The notes: a model not told the origin generated them from the sequence alone. A stretch of DNA of 45,015 nt from Methanotrichaceae archaeon (GCA_963754945.1 CAVWIG010000026.1:1-45015), one strand, 5' to 3'. Positions 19,374-30,331 are shown, numbered from the stretch's first letter. Made by a program: numbers and translations.

Positions 19374-19392
19374 TCGGGCGGCTTCCGCCCGA
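19374..19392 (+). terminator. GC-rich hairpin downstream of the Tyr-rich gene
   Basis: TCGGGCGG-CTT-CCGCCCGA forms an 8-bp stem, followed by GTGATTTT. Confidence 0.35.
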
Positions 19393-19569
19393 GTGATTTT
19401 CCTCAATCCTTAGTTCGTTCTGAATTCTTGACGAAAATACAGATCCAGTTGCGCCTACGTTTGGTGAATGCTTAGACTACGCTAGCATATGAACTCAACA
19501 AATGAGCTAGAAATCGGATTGAAAGTCACTGTTAGAGCAAGGTCTTAGACTCCGAAAAGATGAATAATT

Positions 19570-19889
19570 GACCAAAATTGTTTTCAAAGGAACTGGAAAG
19601 TTTTTAATGGAAAATGCTAAACTGGTTGAAGAATTATTCCAGAATAGATCTCGAAGATGAAACAATTGCCCGGTAAGAACATGGTAATACTGGGTAGCAT
19701 TGTATCGACTCTCGTGCAACTTGGCTTGATTGATGCATATCAGTTGACAGTGAATCCTATTTATACAAGGCTACGGCAAGCCTCAATATTCAAAAGGCTT
19801 AAAGGATAGACCAATTTGAAGCTTCTAAAACAAAAGCGTTTAGTTCATGTAACGTTCTGCTCAGCCACCAGCCTGAAAAAGAAGGATAG
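19570..19889 (+). pseudogene. Dihydrofolate reductase/RibD C-terminal family remnant
   Basis: MKQLPGKNMVILGSIVSTLVQLGLIDAYQLTVNPI followed by frameshifted NLKLLK...NVLLSHQPEKEG*; N-terminus absent. Confidence 0.7.
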
Positions 19890-19950
19890 GAGAAAACACT
19901 AATACAAAAACGCGACCGACGGAATCAAAAAAATCTATCGAAGGATAATT

Positions 19951-20817
19951 CTATCCCTTGAATCGTGCAGTATCGATCCAGCTTTCGGATAGTATAGACC
20001 AGAAATCTTGGGCCAACCCTTTCAGGACGAAATCATAGGGCATGTAGCCGTACCCTTTATCCGCCCAGGATTCGCCCCAGGAATTTCTCAGTACGAACGC
20101 TCCCACACTGGAGTTCGGACACTGAATTGAATCATCAAATCCCACAAAGTCTACAGCATGGCCTCCCTGGACGTTCTCGTTCTGTTTGGGGAACGGGATT
20201 AAGCCATCTGAACCTACCTTCATGAAGGAGTCGTAGACGGTAAATCCAAACTCAACTGGAATGCCATTAGTCAGCATGGTCTTGATCGCAGTGAGGATGT
20301 CTGCCGTTCCAAGTCCCGGCGTGTCCAGTCGAACATAAGTCAGGGCCTTGAAGTTCGCTGCAAATGCATAAAGAAATGCTGATGGCTCATTGTCAAACAC
20401 GGTTATATCATAGGAATAGAATTCCTCTGGCGGAGCTCCGAACAATGTTAGAGCTCCCAATGTAGATCGGATCTCAGCTCCCGAGTCTCCTGAAAGCTTC
20501 ATGAAGTCTCTGGTAGCCTTATAGATGAATAGCCGCGAGACTGGTTGGAATGTTCCAAAGGCTTTAAGCTCCATGTATTCATAGAGCCCAGATGCGGCGT
20601 TTGCCGTGCAAGATCCAAGATGGCCCTGGTCAACGATGGGCGAACAGTGGGGTCTCAAGTCTACAGCAGACTGCACTGATTTTTTAGGTATTTTTGCCAA
20701 GATTTTTTGGACTTCCGGTTGTGATCGGATGTAGTCACGATGATCTGGCTTGTCTGGAATCCATCCGAACCTGTTTATAGGGGTAGTACATCTCATTTCC
20801 GACACCTCAAATGTCAT
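19951..20817 (-). CDS. C1 (papain) family cysteine peptidase
   Basis: VDLR, DQGHLGSCTANA (catalytic Cys), GGHAV (His) and RNSWG (Asn). Confidence 0.95.
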   Translation of the reverse strand: MTFEVSEMRCTTPINRFGWIPDKPDHRDYIRSQPEVQKILAKIPKKSVQSAVDLRPHCSPIVDQGHLGSCTANAASGLYEYMELKAFGTFQPVSRLFIYKATRDFMKLSGDSGAEIRSTLGALTLFGAPPEEFYSYDITVFDNEPSAFLYAFAANFKALTYVRLDTPGLGTADILTAIKTMLTNGIPVEFGFTVYDSFMKVGSDGLIPFPKQNENVQGGHAVDFVGFDDSIQCPNSSVGAFVLRNSWGESWADKGYGYMPYDFVLKGLAQDFWSILSESWIDTARFKG

Positions 20818-21657
20818 GGCTCAATCCTCAAAAATTGGGCTTGAGTGTAATCTTATTCGAATTACTTCTATTTATATATTATGATATCGATCTATGGTTG
20901 AGTGGAGTCAATGTGTTCCAAGCTTGTTAAATTCTTTTTTTGTATCTCATTGATACATCTTCTATGCAAAAAATGGGTTGGCTATATATTTCCAGCAAAA
21001 GTACTTATCGATGAGATAGTAATTGCTAATTATGGTGAGAGTCCTTGAAAGAATAAGACTGTCGCAAAAATGGTAACCTAGCATAGCTCCTTTGTTCTGC
21101 AGAAAATCAAGTGTGGGGGACCTTCCTGCCATTAGTTCAAAGGAGCCTGGAGATTCTTTTGGCCTTTCTGGTTTATCGATTTATCGAAAAAGAAATAGAA
21201 ACCAATCTAAACATGTTGGTAGAACGCTACCGGGATGAGCTACCATCTAGACATACTCCTTGTGTTGCCCAGGTTTGAAAGTGTGTTAACTGCCGAACAC
21301 ATAAGGTCAGAGTTTCTAGCCCCTTGGGCAAAATGATGTAAGCATAGATCCTGAATTCTAATCGTTGCGATCAGGAGGGCTTCTCCAGGAAGCTCTCAAG
21401 AGAATATTTTTCAGTCAAATCCTGATACTTAAGGTTATCAAGTTTGGATGCAATCGGCTTTGAACAGGTCATGATCGACTTAGAGAATTCGATTGGTTGA
21501 GCCTATTTATGCTAAACTATTGAAACGCTCTTCATGGATTTAGATATAATTAACAAAAATATATAATTAATAAAGCATAAGCTATTCGAAATCTATATAT
21601 TCAATAGAGTTATCAGTAGTAATAATTTCAAATTGAATAGTTCAGGAGATGGATGTT

Positions 21658-22345
21658 ATGAGAAGAAATAGTTTAGTTTCAATGCTATTGGCATTGATTT
21701 TATTGACGTGCGTATCAGGAGTCCAAGCCCAAGGACCAGATCAGATGGTATCGGCAACGTCCAAAGTAGATTTTTCACAATATTCTCAGTTTTACAGCAT
21801 GCTACAAGGCTCTGCTCCCTAAAACTCATATTGTCGCTCCTGAAAAATATGATATCAATGGTAAAGTGCCTACATCGATTTATTTCGGCTATCAGCAGCA
21901 GGCAGTTCCATATTCTCAATACCAGACTTATTCCACGTACACGGGTGGGAACTCCCTTTGGATTCAGGGAGCCACGAGCTGGACTCAATACGCAGCGGTT
22001 CCCCAGGGTTCAAGTTTATCGCTCTTAGCCATCTCTTCTGTAGGAGGCAATGGATATCTCTATGAAATATATCCCGATGGTCACTTGGTTAAGAACTACT
22101 ACTACATTTACCCAGGCTACAATCTGATAAACTTCTATGCAGATGCTGTTGGTCAGCACATACTGCTCTTCGCCATTGATTATTCGATAAGCAATGCGGT
22201 TGCAATAAATGTGGCTGCCTACAATCCACCGGCCTATCCTCAACCAGGCTACCCGCAGCCATTAACGTCCTACCCACAATCGAGCAACCAGCAGTCCACA
22301 TACCAGCAGTCTAACTACCAGACTTCAAATGGGGGAGGATATTAA
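21658..22345 (+). CDS. Secreted Tyr/Gln/Pro-rich protein, split by a +1 indel at 21817-21819
   Basis: Signal peptide MRRNSLVSMLLALILLTCVSGVQA joins ORF 21866..22345 (GGNSLWIQGATSWTQY...YLYEIYPDG) when one C is removed from CCC. Confidence 0.75.
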
Positions 22346-22694
22346 TCCTTTTTTAGAGCCCAACAAATAGAGGTTGCATATCCGTTCCATTGGAAACTTT
22401 GATTGCCAGCCCAGGATTGCAGCCCTGTGATTTACCTAGCAAATGCGGTTTCGAACAGGCTTCAGCTTATATCGATACACTCGGAAATAAGGCTGGCTAT
22501 GATCAGAATCGATTTAATCAGATCGCAAACCAAGCTGCCTTGGTATGAAGGCACCGATCTCGCCCCATTGGTATATGTAGTTGAATTTGATCGGGCTTTA
22601 GGTTGGTACAGCGCCTTTTTACTTTTCCAGCACTATACGTTAATTAAACGTTGTTAATGATCTTAGATGCAGTGCAACTCTACGACACGTCAAG

Positions 22695-22880
22695 CTAATT
22701 CGCAATGATTGCTTCCTGAGTGATTATGTTTACCTCTGAGAGCTTGCCTTCTACGTCTAAGGAGTCTCCGAAGATGCCCTCCAACAGAACTTTTCCGTCA
22801 TGAGGTATCAACTTCATAACTCCTTCCATGACCTTCACACGACTTCCTTCTCTTACGGTGTAAACTACGAGCTCACACAT
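22695..22880 (-). CDS. CooT-family nickel-binding protein
   Basis: 61 aa; MCE N-terminus, VMEGV and LEGIFGD pattern. Confidence 0.8.
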   Translation of the reverse strand: MCELVVYTVREGSRVKVMEGVMKLIPHDGKVLLEGIFGDSLDVEGKLSEVNIITQEAIIAN

Positions 22881-22897
22881 GTATCCTCATAATAAGG

Positions 22898-22972
22898 CGG
22901 GCCCGGCGGGACTCGAACCCGCGGCCCCCGGGTTAGAAGCCCGGTGCTATATCCTGGCTAAGCCACGGGCCC
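22898..22972 (-). tRNA. tRNA-Arg(TCT)
   Basis: GGGCCCG acceptor stem, anticodon arm CCGGG-CTTCTAA-CCCGG, T-loop GGTTCGAGTCC; 75 nt, no intron, CCA not encoded. Confidence 0.97.
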
Positions 22973-22988
22973 GCTGTATGACACTTTC

Positions 22989-23351
22989 TTAGCCACCCTT
23001 GGGTGGAATCTGTCCCAGAGACTGCTTTAGCTGATCCTGTAGCTGCGTGAACCTGCTCTGGATGCGCTCTTCCTGCTTGCTCATCGTCTTTAGCCGGAGG
23101 TCCATCATATCCTTTCTCTCTTTTAGCTCTTCAACCAGCTTTGGCTTCTCGGCCTTGAAAAGGAGCTCGCCGACGCTCTTATAGATGACTGCATCGTCGC
23201 TGCTCTTCTCAAGCTCTTTTAGAGCAGCATCAGTCTCCCTGATCAAAGCTTCAATTTGACTCTTCTGGCTTATTACTGCCTGTGCCTGCTGCTGGAGTTG
23301 CTGGAGCTGAGCCAGCTGGTTCTGAATCTGCGGAGGCAATTCGCCACTCAT
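22989..23351 (-). CDS. pfdB: Prefoldin subunit beta
   Basis: ELPPQIQNQLAQLQQ and IYKSVGELL, coiled-coil pattern, expected operon position. Confidence 0.95.
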   Translation of the reverse strand: MSGELPPQIQNQLAQLQQLQQQAQAVISQKSQIEALIRETDAALKELEKSSDDAVIYKSVGELLFKAEKPKLVEELKERKDMMDLRLKTMSKQEERIQSRFTQLQDQLKQSLGQIPPKGG

Positions 23352-23364
23352 GTGCTCACCAATC

Positions 23365-23592
23365 TCAAATGTCTGCTATTTCAAATACGATCTTCACTAG
23401 TCTTACCCAGGTATTCAAGGCTGCTCTGATGGAGACGATATCGTCACCCTCAATCTTCAATCTTATGAAACCCTGGCCGAGGGTCAGGTTCACTCTTGAC
23501 CGCTGAAGTTCATCTTCCAGCTCTGGCCTCAAAGCCTGAAATATGTCTTCCGCGTTCTCGCAAGGGAAGACGAGATCTGCACAGCCCTTCAT
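23365..23592 (-). CDS. pcc1: KEOPS complex subunit Pcc1
   Basis: ALRPE...RSRV...DIVSIRAALNTWVRLVK; position upstream of pfdB. Confidence 0.9.
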   Translation of the reverse strand: MKGCADLVFPCENAEDIFQALRPELEDELQRSRVNLTLGQGFIRLKIEGDDIVSIRAALNTWVRLVKIVFEIADI

Positions 23593-23976
23593 TGCTTTCG
23601 GCCTTAATATGGCTCAATACCTTTAGCAAGACCGTGCACCTAGGATGCTGACCAATAACTCTGCAAGGATCACTGTTTCTAGCTACGACCGTTAATCGGC
23701 GATCAACTTCGCCTCTTAACGTCGCCCGAAGCGCGATCACGCCAGACTAGCTTTGCTCGAACTGAACTCGGATGAGCCTTGCAAGGTAAACCCTACCCGG
23801 TCAGCACAGTTCCTTCAACGCACTTTTAGGTTGTGTGCTCACAGTCGTCTACAATGCAAATCTCATTTGTCAGGTCCTTCTTCGCCGTTAGCAGGAAGCA
23901 GAGAAGCCATATAGAGCTTGCTTCGGCCAACCCGTAATGGGGCAAGCGGATTTCGCGATCTGGTGACTGTAATCAC
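23593..23976 (-). pseudogene. Decayed Brix/Imp4-domain gene
   Basis: Occupies the conserved slot between rpoP and pcc1. A GTG start overlaps the rpoP stop and reads [10 protein letters not shown] (cf. TTSRxP), then multiple stops and frameshifts. Confidence 0.55.
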
Positions 23977-24110
23977 ACCGCGCGCATTTTCTTGACCGTG
24001 GTTGGTCGCTCTTTCATCAGTATTCTATGCCCACAGTAGGGGCATCGAATACCGCTATACTCGTAGTCGACTTCCACGGTTTTCTTGCATCTGGTACACT
24101 TATAGGTCAT
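23973..24110 (-). CDS. rpoP: RNA polymerase subunit P (Rpo12)
   Basis: Hand translation [45 protein letters not shown]; too short for the ORF track. Confidence 0.95.
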   Translation of the reverse strand: MTYKCTRCKKTVEVDYEYSGIRCPYCGHRILMKERPTTVKKMRAV

Positions 24111-24392
24111 CTACTCTGTCTCCAGGCTCTTCCTGACAGACCGAAGGACAGAACGCCCGATGGAAGTAAGGGGTATATAACAGCCTCCTGCAAAGGTGTA
24201 ACCACACTTGGTGCAGTTCCAGATGGCAGTGCCTGTTCTGTGAACCCTGTTCCTTCCGCACCGGGGGCAGTCGTATAGCGCCCTGGACTTCTCCTCCATA
24301 TCCGCTACAAGCTTTCGCGACTTACGGCCGTACCTTGGACCAAATCTGGCTGCAGATCTGCTCTTCCTTCCTTTTTTGAATTGCTTGACCAT
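24111..24392 (-). CDS. rpl37ae: 50S ribosomal protein L37Ae (eL43)
   Basis: [22 protein letters not shown] and FAGG motifs. Confidence 0.96.
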   Translation of the reverse strand: MVKQFKKGRKSRSAARFGPRYGRKSRKLVADMEEKSRALYDCPRCGRNRVHRTGTAIWNCTKCGYTFAGGCYIPLTSIGRSVLRSVRKSLETE

Positions 24393-24394
24393 GA

Positions 24395-25171
24395 TTATTC
24401 TTCCAGAAACTTCTCCCGGATCTCTTTAGCTTTCTCACATGCTATATCAACAATGCGGTAGATCTGCTCCTGCCTGAGCACTCCGGTACCGCTTTTTTGC
24501 ATGCCGCATATGCTTCCGTCAGCCTTGGTGATCACGGTTAGTTTTGTGTTCGCGATCGACTCTTCATCGCTGTCCGGATCGAACATAATAACATCGCCGA
24601 ACTCAATAGCAGTTGTGGCGACGGGTATATCCTTAACCGGCAGTGGGTAATCCTCTCCCAGGCCGAATTTGCTGGCCGGGACTTTGGTCGTCAGCAAGGC
24701 GGCTATGGCTCCAATGCTTGACGCATCCAGAATGTTTCCGCAATCGTCCAGAATATGAACGTCGATGAATATAATCCACACCTGCTTGCCTGGAGTTATG
24801 CATAGGGCTTCCAGGTCAATGGCCTTTGACTCTCTGACCCCGCGATCCACTAATCTTGCCAGTTCAATTCCTGTCTCGTTGGGCGGTCCTGGCTCAAAAG
24901 TAGGCGAAGCTAGAGGCACAAGTTCTGCGTTGGTGATTATGACCCCCTTGTTGGGCGTATCTGGAAAAGGTTCTCCTGGTTGCATCTTGACTCCCACCAG
25001 GACCTGGCTGGATCCAAGTTTAACCAAAGCGCTTCCCTCAGCCTTGCTGATCAGGTTCCGCTCTACTGAGAACTCCCTGTATTGTTCGAAAGCCCTGCCG
25101 TCTGCACGTTCGCCCTTCAGAAACAGGTTGTAGAGGTAGTCCTTCTTGAGCTCCGAGATGACGTTGGTCAT
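24395..25171 (-). CDS. rrp42: Exosome subunit Rrp42
   Basis: [26 protein letters not shown] and [13 protein letters not shown]. Confidence 0.96.
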   Translation of the reverse strand: MTNVISELKKDYLYNLFLKGERADGRAFEQYREFSVERNLISKAEGSALVKLGSSQVLVGVKMQPGEPFPDTPNKGVIITNAELVPLASPTFEPGPPNETGIELARLVDRGVRESKAIDLEALCITPGKQVWIIFIDVHILDDCGNILDASSIGAIAALLTTKVPASKFGLGEDYPLPVKDIPVATTAIEFGDVIMFDPDSDEESIANTKLTVITKADGSICGMQKSGTGVLRQEQIYRIVDIACEKAKEIREKFLEE

Positions 25172-25932
25172 ACTTCCGCCTCCTGAACCACAGCAGGTTC
25201 GGCCCCGAGCTGGTTGTACCTTTCTATAAGGCTCTTCCTCTGGATTTCGTAAATGTTCTTGCAGCCTTTCATGGCCATCTCCATCGCCTGGTGGAACTCA
25301 TCTGTTGTCAAGTGGCCGTCCATCTGGAGCAATGTGATCTCGCCCGTGGGCGTCATGGCTATAGGCATGTCCGCCTGGCCGAAGTTATCCTCCTCCTTCA
25401 TCGGGTCGAGGACTATGGTGTCGGCCACTTTTCCGGCTGCGCAGGCGCTTATCATGGATTTCATCGGTATCCCGGCATCCGCCAAGGCCACCGAAGCGGC
25501 ATTGATGCCTGCCGTCCTGGTACCAGCATCCGCCTGAAGGACCTCTACAAACACGTCTATGACGGAACGCGGGAAGTAAGAAGTGAAGATCACCGGCTCC
25601 AGGGCTTCACGGCTGACTTTGGACAGCTCGTGGGATCGTCTGTCCGGTCCGGGTCGTTTCCTCTCTTCTACTGAGAAGGAGGCCATGTTGTACCTGCACC
25701 GAACTATTGCCCTGGTCACATCCTGTAGGTGTCTCGGGTGAACTTCCCTTGGTCCATACACCGCTGCTATAACCTTGTTTCCGCCCATCTCAACGTAACA
25801 GGACCCATCGGCCCTAGCAAGAACTCCGACCTCAATCTTCAGCGGTCTGAACTCATCGGCCCTCCGACCATCCAGGCGAAGCCCTTCTTTGAAGAATGAT
25901 ATGTTACTTTCATCCATAGCGATCATTTTCAT
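25168..25932 (-). CDS. rrp41: Exosome exonuclease Rrp41
   Basis: [29 protein letters not shown] and ADAGTR. Confidence 0.97.
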   Translation of the reverse strand: MKMIAMDESNISFFKEGLRLDGRRADEFRPLKIEVGVLARADGSCYVEMGGNKVIAAVYGPREVHPRHLQDVTRAIVRCRYNMASFSVEERKRPGPDRRSHELSKVSREALEPVIFTSYFPRSVIDVFVEVLQADAGTRTAGINAASVALADAGIPMKSMISACAAGKVADTIVLDPMKEEDNFGQADMPIAMTPTGEITLLQMDGHLTTDEFHQAMEMAMKGCKNIYEIQRKSLIERYNQLGAEPAVVQEAEV

Positions 25933-25941
25933 AAGCAGCGA

Positions 25942-26607
25942 TCAATTTCTGGCCCCTTTCTCGTCCTTCAAGAAATCGACAATCCTATCCGTGAGCCCAC
26001 TGGTGTGGGCTTCCTTCTCTATTAGAAGGATAGTCTTGAGTGCCAGATCCATGTCATCTGCTCCTCCGTTGATCCAGATTCTGCCGTTTTGGCCCACAAA
26101 AATGTTGCAGTTCAGCTCTTTTTTAAGCATGCTGATCATGGAGCCGCCTTTTCCGATCAGCCTCGGTACTCTTGTGTGGTTTATCTCAACAATTCTTCCC
26201 GTTTTGAGAAGCCCCAGCTTTCGGTCGTTCAGGGTCAGCTCCACTTTCATTGTGGAGTCCACATCTCTGACCTTGATCATTATGGAACTGCCTAAGGATA
26301 GATACTTGGACATCTCATCCGCTTCAATCCTCTTAGGAAACTCGGAGATGTGGAGAAGACCGTCGTAGGGTGAATTTATGTCTATAATCCAGTTGGAAAA
26401 CGTTATGTCTTTCACTACACCAATGATATTGTCTCCGGGAACGGGCACGTACTTTCCTGCCAGAGGTATAACATTTATCCTGTCCCTGGAGTTCGCCAGC
26501 CCGTACAGAAGAGAATAGACCTTTCCGTCTTTGACGAAGGTCCCCTCCCCAGATCTTTTAGCCTCTTCGGAGAGAAAATCCCCTGGTATTACCACCTTGC
26601 GATCCAT
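25942..26607 (-). CDS. rrp4: Exosome RNA-binding protein Rrp4
   Basis: VIPGD, S1 domain, KH motif VPRLIGKGGSMI, VGQNGRIW and EAHTSGLTDRI. Confidence 0.96.
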   Translation of the reverse strand: MDRKVVIPGDFLSEEAKRSGEGTFVKDGKVYSLLYGLANSRDRINVIPLAGKYVPVPGDNIIGVVKDITFSNWIIDINSPYDGLLHISEFPKRIEADEMSKYLSLGSSIMIKVRDVDSTMKVELTLNDRKLGLLKTGRIVEINHTRVPRLIGKGGSMISMLKKELNCNIFVGQNGRIWINGGADDMDLALKTILLIEKEAHTSGLTDRIVDFLKDEKGARN

Positions 26608-26627
26608 GCGATCCAATCCCTGGTCCT

Positions 26628-27326
26628 TCAATGCTTAAGAAGCTTCGTCTCTGCCTCGCCTTTAGTCAAGCGGTTGATAAGAGAGTAAAAATCGGTCTGC
26701 ATCCCTGCTGGGATCTTCACAACGCCTATCCAAGAGCCGTTGTTCTGCCAGGACTCACGGATGACTTTGCCAAAGGCTGCTATGTCGCCATAGGCCTTAG
26801 GAGCATAGTCAGCAGGTATCTTAACCGCCACTTCCACCTCTTCGAACCTTATAGGTATCAAAGGTCGGATGGCTTTCATGGCTATGTTTACCAGCTCGTC
26901 TGCGGATTTGGACGGATCTATGTTGACCTTTGCCTCCTTCATGGCCTGCTCGATCCTACCCGGAGGGTGGGGTGTCTTGGTCTGGGGGTTGATGGCGTTC
27001 CTGGCGATTATCTCAATTACCTGCCGACGCTTGTTCTCTATAATCTGCTTTCTCTGCTCCGCAGTCAGGCTAATCTCGCCTTTCTTAATTATCTTCTCGG
27101 CAATGATGGCAACATCGGTCGTCTCAAAGGCTTTTATCAGATCCTCTTCTGCGCTGCGATCCCCGCGACTGGCATTCTCGAAGACGTCTTCAACTGCCAG
27201 GATCGCCTCGATATTAACGCTGTCTCCCCTTCGCAGGGCCAAGGCTCCGTCTGGATCTACAAGCACCTCGAAGGTGGCTCCATGAGTTTTAAGTCTGGCT
27301 GGAACGGCATCTTCCAGTCTTACCAT
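26628..27326 (-). CDS. Ribosome assembly factor SBDS (Sdo1)
   Basis: FEVLVDP, LTAEQR, INPQTKTPHPPGRIE and LIPIRFE. Confidence 0.95.
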   Translation of the reverse strand: MVRLEDAVPARLKTHGATFEVLVDPDGALALRRGDSVNIEAILAVEDVFENASRGDRSAEEDLIKAFETTDVAIIAEKIIKKGEISLTAEQRKQIIENKRRQVIEIIARNAINPQTKTPHPPGRIEQAMKEAKVNIDPSKSADELVNIAMKAIRPLIPIRFEEVEVAVKIPADYAPKAYGDIAAFGKVIRESWQNNGSWIGVVKIPAGMQTDFYSLINRLTKGEAETKLLKH

Positions 27327-27327
27327 T

Positions 27328-28071
27328 CTAAGCTTCCCCTTTGGGCAGCGACGCCTTCATCTTATCCACGTATTCTGCTACCTCTGACTCGTTCAGCTTG
27401 TAGAACTTTTTATCGGCAAGCTTGATTATGCCGATCTCTGTAGTGGCGGGTTCTACCTTTCCTTCAGCTGCCTTGTACAGTGCCTCTAGTCCGAGGATTA
27501 TAGCATCATCCATCAAGAGGTCTTCTCTGTACTTCTCCTCGAAAACCTCCATGACCGACGATCTGCCGGCTCCTATCCCGGTCGCCTTGTACTCCAGGAG
27601 GGCTCCGCTGGGATCGGTCTCGAAGAGGCGGGTTCTGTCCTCCTCAGCTCCGATTATCAAAAGAGCTGTGCCGAAAGGCCGCACCCCACCGTACTGGGTG
27701 TATTGCTGCTTGAAATCGCAGATCTTCTTGGCTAGCGCTTCTACACCAATAGGTTCGTCATAGACCAGTCTATTGATCTGGCTCTCCACCCGGGCTCTAT
27801 CAATCAACACCCTGGCATCAGCCACCAGACCGGATGTGGCAGCTCCTATGTGTGTATCTATCTGAAAGATCTTCTCAATGGATTTAGGCTCCATGAGCCT
27901 GCTGGTTATCCTTTTGTCCACCAGAACGGCTACGCCATCCGTTGCCTTTATACCTACTGCCGTGGTTCCTCGCCTAACGGCTTCGCGGGCATACTCCACC
28001 TGAAAGAGCCGTCCATCAGGGCTGAATACAGTTATCGCCCTATCGTAACCCATCTGCGGTGCCATCTGCAT
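27328..28071 (-). CDS. psmA: Proteasome subunit alpha
   Basis: [25 protein letters not shown] signature. Confidence 0.98.
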   Translation of the reverse strand: MQMAPQMGYDRAITVFSPDGRLFQVEYAREAVRRGTTAVGIKATDGVAVLVDKRITSRLMEPKSIEKIFQIDTHIGAATSGLVADARVLIDRARVESQINRLVYDEPIGVEALAKKICDFKQQYTQYGGVRPFGTALLIIGAEEDRTRLFETDPSGALLEYKATGIGAGRSSVMEVFEEKYREDLLMDDAIILGLEALYKAAEGKVEPATTEIGIIKLADKKFYKLNESEVAEYVDKMKASLPKGEA

Positions 28072-28594
28072 CGTCGCATCCTCCACATAAATCGAAAGAG
28101 GTCAGTCCCAAGTAACGGGTATCTGATCCTTTAGTCCTGTTCTTCTCGTCCGGAGAGAGATCGATCTCGCGACCGTGGCTGTGGATAATCCAACCAGAAA
28201 CTCCTTCCAGCTCGATTCTTCTTCCGTCGTTTTCTGCGCTTCTTTCAGCAATTGATAAGCTCAGTTTGGGTATATACTTTTCTGTTGCCGCTTTGATCGT
28301 TCCCGAGACCCCTTTTACGCGAAGTGCTGTCCTAATCCCGGTTATCGAATAAATGGTAGCGAGGACCGCTCTGCTTTCCTCGACTCTGGCGTATGAGCAT
28401 CTCAAAAGCCCGAAACGTCCGTCGAAGAAGATCAACTTGAGCCTATTCACAGACGCGCCCTTGTCTCCGAACAGCGATGCCTGACAGGAGATTATCTCGA
28501 TAGCAAGGTCCTTGGGCTTCACCATCTCCTCCGAGTCCACCTTGAAGGCAATGTATCTCCGTCGCATGCGGAGCACCGGCAGCCTTGACCTCAA
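28040..28594 (-). CDS. pop5: RNase P protein Pop5/Rpp14
   Basis: [10 protein letters not shown] and [11 protein letters not shown]; likely TTG start overlapping the rpp30 stop. Confidence 0.9.
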   Translation of the reverse strand: MRSRLPVLRMRRRYIAFKVDSEEMVKPKDLAIEIISCQASLFGDKGASVNRLKLIFFDGRFGLLRCSYARVEESRAVLATIYSITGIRTALRVKGVSGTIKAATEKYIPKLSLSIAERSAENDGRRIELEGVSGWIIHSHGREIDLSPDEKNRTKGSDTRYLGLTSFDLCGGCDDADGTADGLR

Positions 28595-29274
28595 AGGATC
28601 TCCACTCCGGGTCCTGCCCATCTTCGGCTGTTAAGCTCCAACACTCGTGCAGGGTACACTAGCGCCTCTTCGGTTTCATGGCTTTCAAAGCCTGCTATCT
28701 CTGCCAGCGCCTGCAGCTCCCTGGGAGCCCGAAGATCCAGGTGGGATCTCGACCCAGTGGTTATGGTCATTGAAAGCTCGAACTTGCGGGCTAGGTTCAG
28801 GTTTCGTTGGACGACCTCAAGCCACCTGGATCGAGAGCTCCCCCGAAGGCGAATAAGTGGACGAAGGTCGAATCCGATGGCCACCTGGTTCATCTGAGCC
28901 GCTCTTGCAGCGGCTATGCTCAGGACCTTTCTGCTCTCTTCCGGATGAAACAGCACGTCCACCTCCGGGTCTTCGCAGGCGGCTTTGTTCATCTCCTCCG
29001 ATCCGCCGTGAACTGCTACAAAAGGGAACCGCGCCCTGGCTGCAGCCACGTGGCTGCGCATGGACCTGGGGTTGTTGGCTACAACCTCAGTCCCAAAGGC
29101 TACTTCTATACCCTTTACTTCTCGCACGGCGTTCGGCCGGAGGAACCTCTCGTAACCCGTATGATTGCAGATTATGATTCCTCCATATCCTAGCCGACGA
29201 GCCGCCATTGCCAGCCTGCTGGGAGAGTCGGAGCCTTCAGGAAGAGAATGAATGCAGCTCTCAAAATAGTTCAT
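28591..29274 (-). CDS. rpp30: RNase P protein Rpp30
   Basis: PHP-like fold; VAVHGG...NKAACE...VDVLFHP and LDLRAPRE. Confidence 0.92.
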   Translation of the reverse strand: MNYFESCIHSLPEGSDSPSRLAMAARRLGYGGIIICNHTGYERFLRPNAVREVKGIEVAFGTEVVANNPRSMRSHVAAARARFPFVAVHGGSEEMNKAACEDPEVDVLFHPEESRKVLSIAAARAAQMNQVAIGFDLRPLIRLRGSSRSRWLEVVQRNLNLARKFELSMTITTGSRSHLDLRAPRELQALAEIAGFESHETEEALVYPARVLELNSRRWAGPGVEIL

Positions 29275-29286
29275 AATATTGACAGC

Positions 29287-29703
29287 TCACAAGAGCTCTC
29301 CAGCTATCCTCAGCGCTTCCTCGTACCTGGCAGGGTAGGACTCGATTAGGGCTTTCACAACTATAGCGTCCCTCGAGTCGGTCAGGCATACCTTACCCTT
29401 GAAGGCAGCCTGTTTGTCGAGCCGAAAGTGAAGTCGGCTCTCCTCGTCTACCCTTTCAGGCAGCTCCCTCCGCAGCTTGACAAGATCCACTCTAGGAAGC
29501 TGCTCTCTCAACATGCGGAAGAAGGTCAAACCATCCCGTTTTTTCAGACTGGCATCAAGGATCGTTATCGGATTGCAGTAGTGCCCAGTCGCGGATGTGG
29601 CCGATACGCTGTCCAGAGGGACAAAGATGCTGAGGGCCCCTTTCACCCTCTCTTCGTCCTCTGTAGCGGCCACGAAAGTTCTAAAAAAGACCCTGTGAAT
29701 CAC
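29287..29703 (-). CDS. Predicted RNA-binding protein (DUF54/COG1325)
   Basis: [15 protein letters not shown] and FRLDKQAA; conserved position after rpl15e. Confidence 0.88.
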   Translation of the reverse strand: MIHRVFFRTFVAATEDEERVKGALSIFVPLDSVSATSATGHYCNPITILDASLKKRDGLTFFRMLREQLPRVDLVKLRRELPERVDEESRLHFRLDKQAAFKGKVCLTDSRDAIVVKALIESYPARYEEALRIAGELL

Positions 29704-30287
29704 TTTCCTCTGGTGCCGTGGGACCTGATGCTCGGGCGCCTCTTCTCTGCACCTTTGCCCTTGACCATGAGCCCGCGACCGCGCTTGCCTGCGCTGGTCT
29801 TGCCGTGCTCAGCCCGGCGCCTGTGGGATGTCTCGCATACCCATTTCAGGTCCTTGTCCGTCTTTATGGCCGGATGGTTGGGGTTGATCAGGATGACCTC
29901 ATACCACTTGTGCTTTCCGTCCTCTCCAACCCAGTAGGAGTTGAGGACTTCCATGTTGCGGAATCTCCTGCCAGCCCGCTCCTCGGCTATTCGCTGGATG
30001 GACTTGGCCATGGTGATCTTCGCCATCCCCATATGCCGGGTCCTTCTGTTTCTTATATACCTGGACTTGCGCAGACCGCCTCTTCGGACCTTCACCCGGG
30101 CGATCACTATGCCCTGCTTGGCCTTGTAGCCCAGGGTCCGCGCCCTATCCAGGCGGGTTGGCCGCTCGATCCTCTGCACAGTCAAATCTTTGCGCCAGGC
30201 CTTCAATCTTTCCTGTCTCAAGGCTCCGACGTAGCCCTCTCTGGGCGAGCCCCATGCTTCGCTTATGAAGCTGTAAAAAGACTTCAT
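29700..30287 (-). CDS. rpl15e: 50S ribosomal protein L15e
   Basis: [19 protein letters not shown] and [12 protein letters not shown]. Confidence 0.98.
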   Translation of the reverse strand: MKSFYSFISEAWGSPREGYVGALRQERLKAWRKDLTVQRIERPTRLDRARTLGYKAKQGIVIARVKVRRGGLRKSRYIRNRRTRHMGMAKITMAKSIQRIAEERAGRRFRNMEVLNSYWVGEDGKHKWYEVILINPNHPAIKTDKDLKWVCETSHRRRAEHGKTSAGKRGRGLMVKGKGAEKRRPSIRSHGTRGK

Positions 30288-30302
30288 TCAATCTCACCAA
30301 CG

Positions 30303-30331
30303 CTGGTTCAACCCGAAGGGTCACATCCCAG
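30303..30331 (-). promoter_or_regulatory. Structured 5' leader of rpl15e (eL15 ribosomal-leader candidate)
   Basis: CTGG-GATGTG-ACCC-TTCG-GGT-TGAA-CCAG on the minus strand: UUCG hairpin, GA-containing internal loop and closing stem, just before the GGTGA RBS. Confidence 0.6.

Noticed and set aside
20830-21640. Long intergenic region, possibly a decayed gene or ncRNA (similarly 30400-30690 and 37030-37580)
   Set aside because: I could not recognise any motif, repeat or coherent frame; a BLASTx or Rfam search would be needed.
22898-22972. tRNA-Arg as an integration site
   Set aside because: No duplicated tRNA 3' end and no integrase were found in the window.
28040-28260. C-terminal extension of Pop5 overlapping psmA
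   Set aside because: Extended Pop5 proteins are, as I recall, usual in Methanomicrobia and Halobacteria, so this is not novel.
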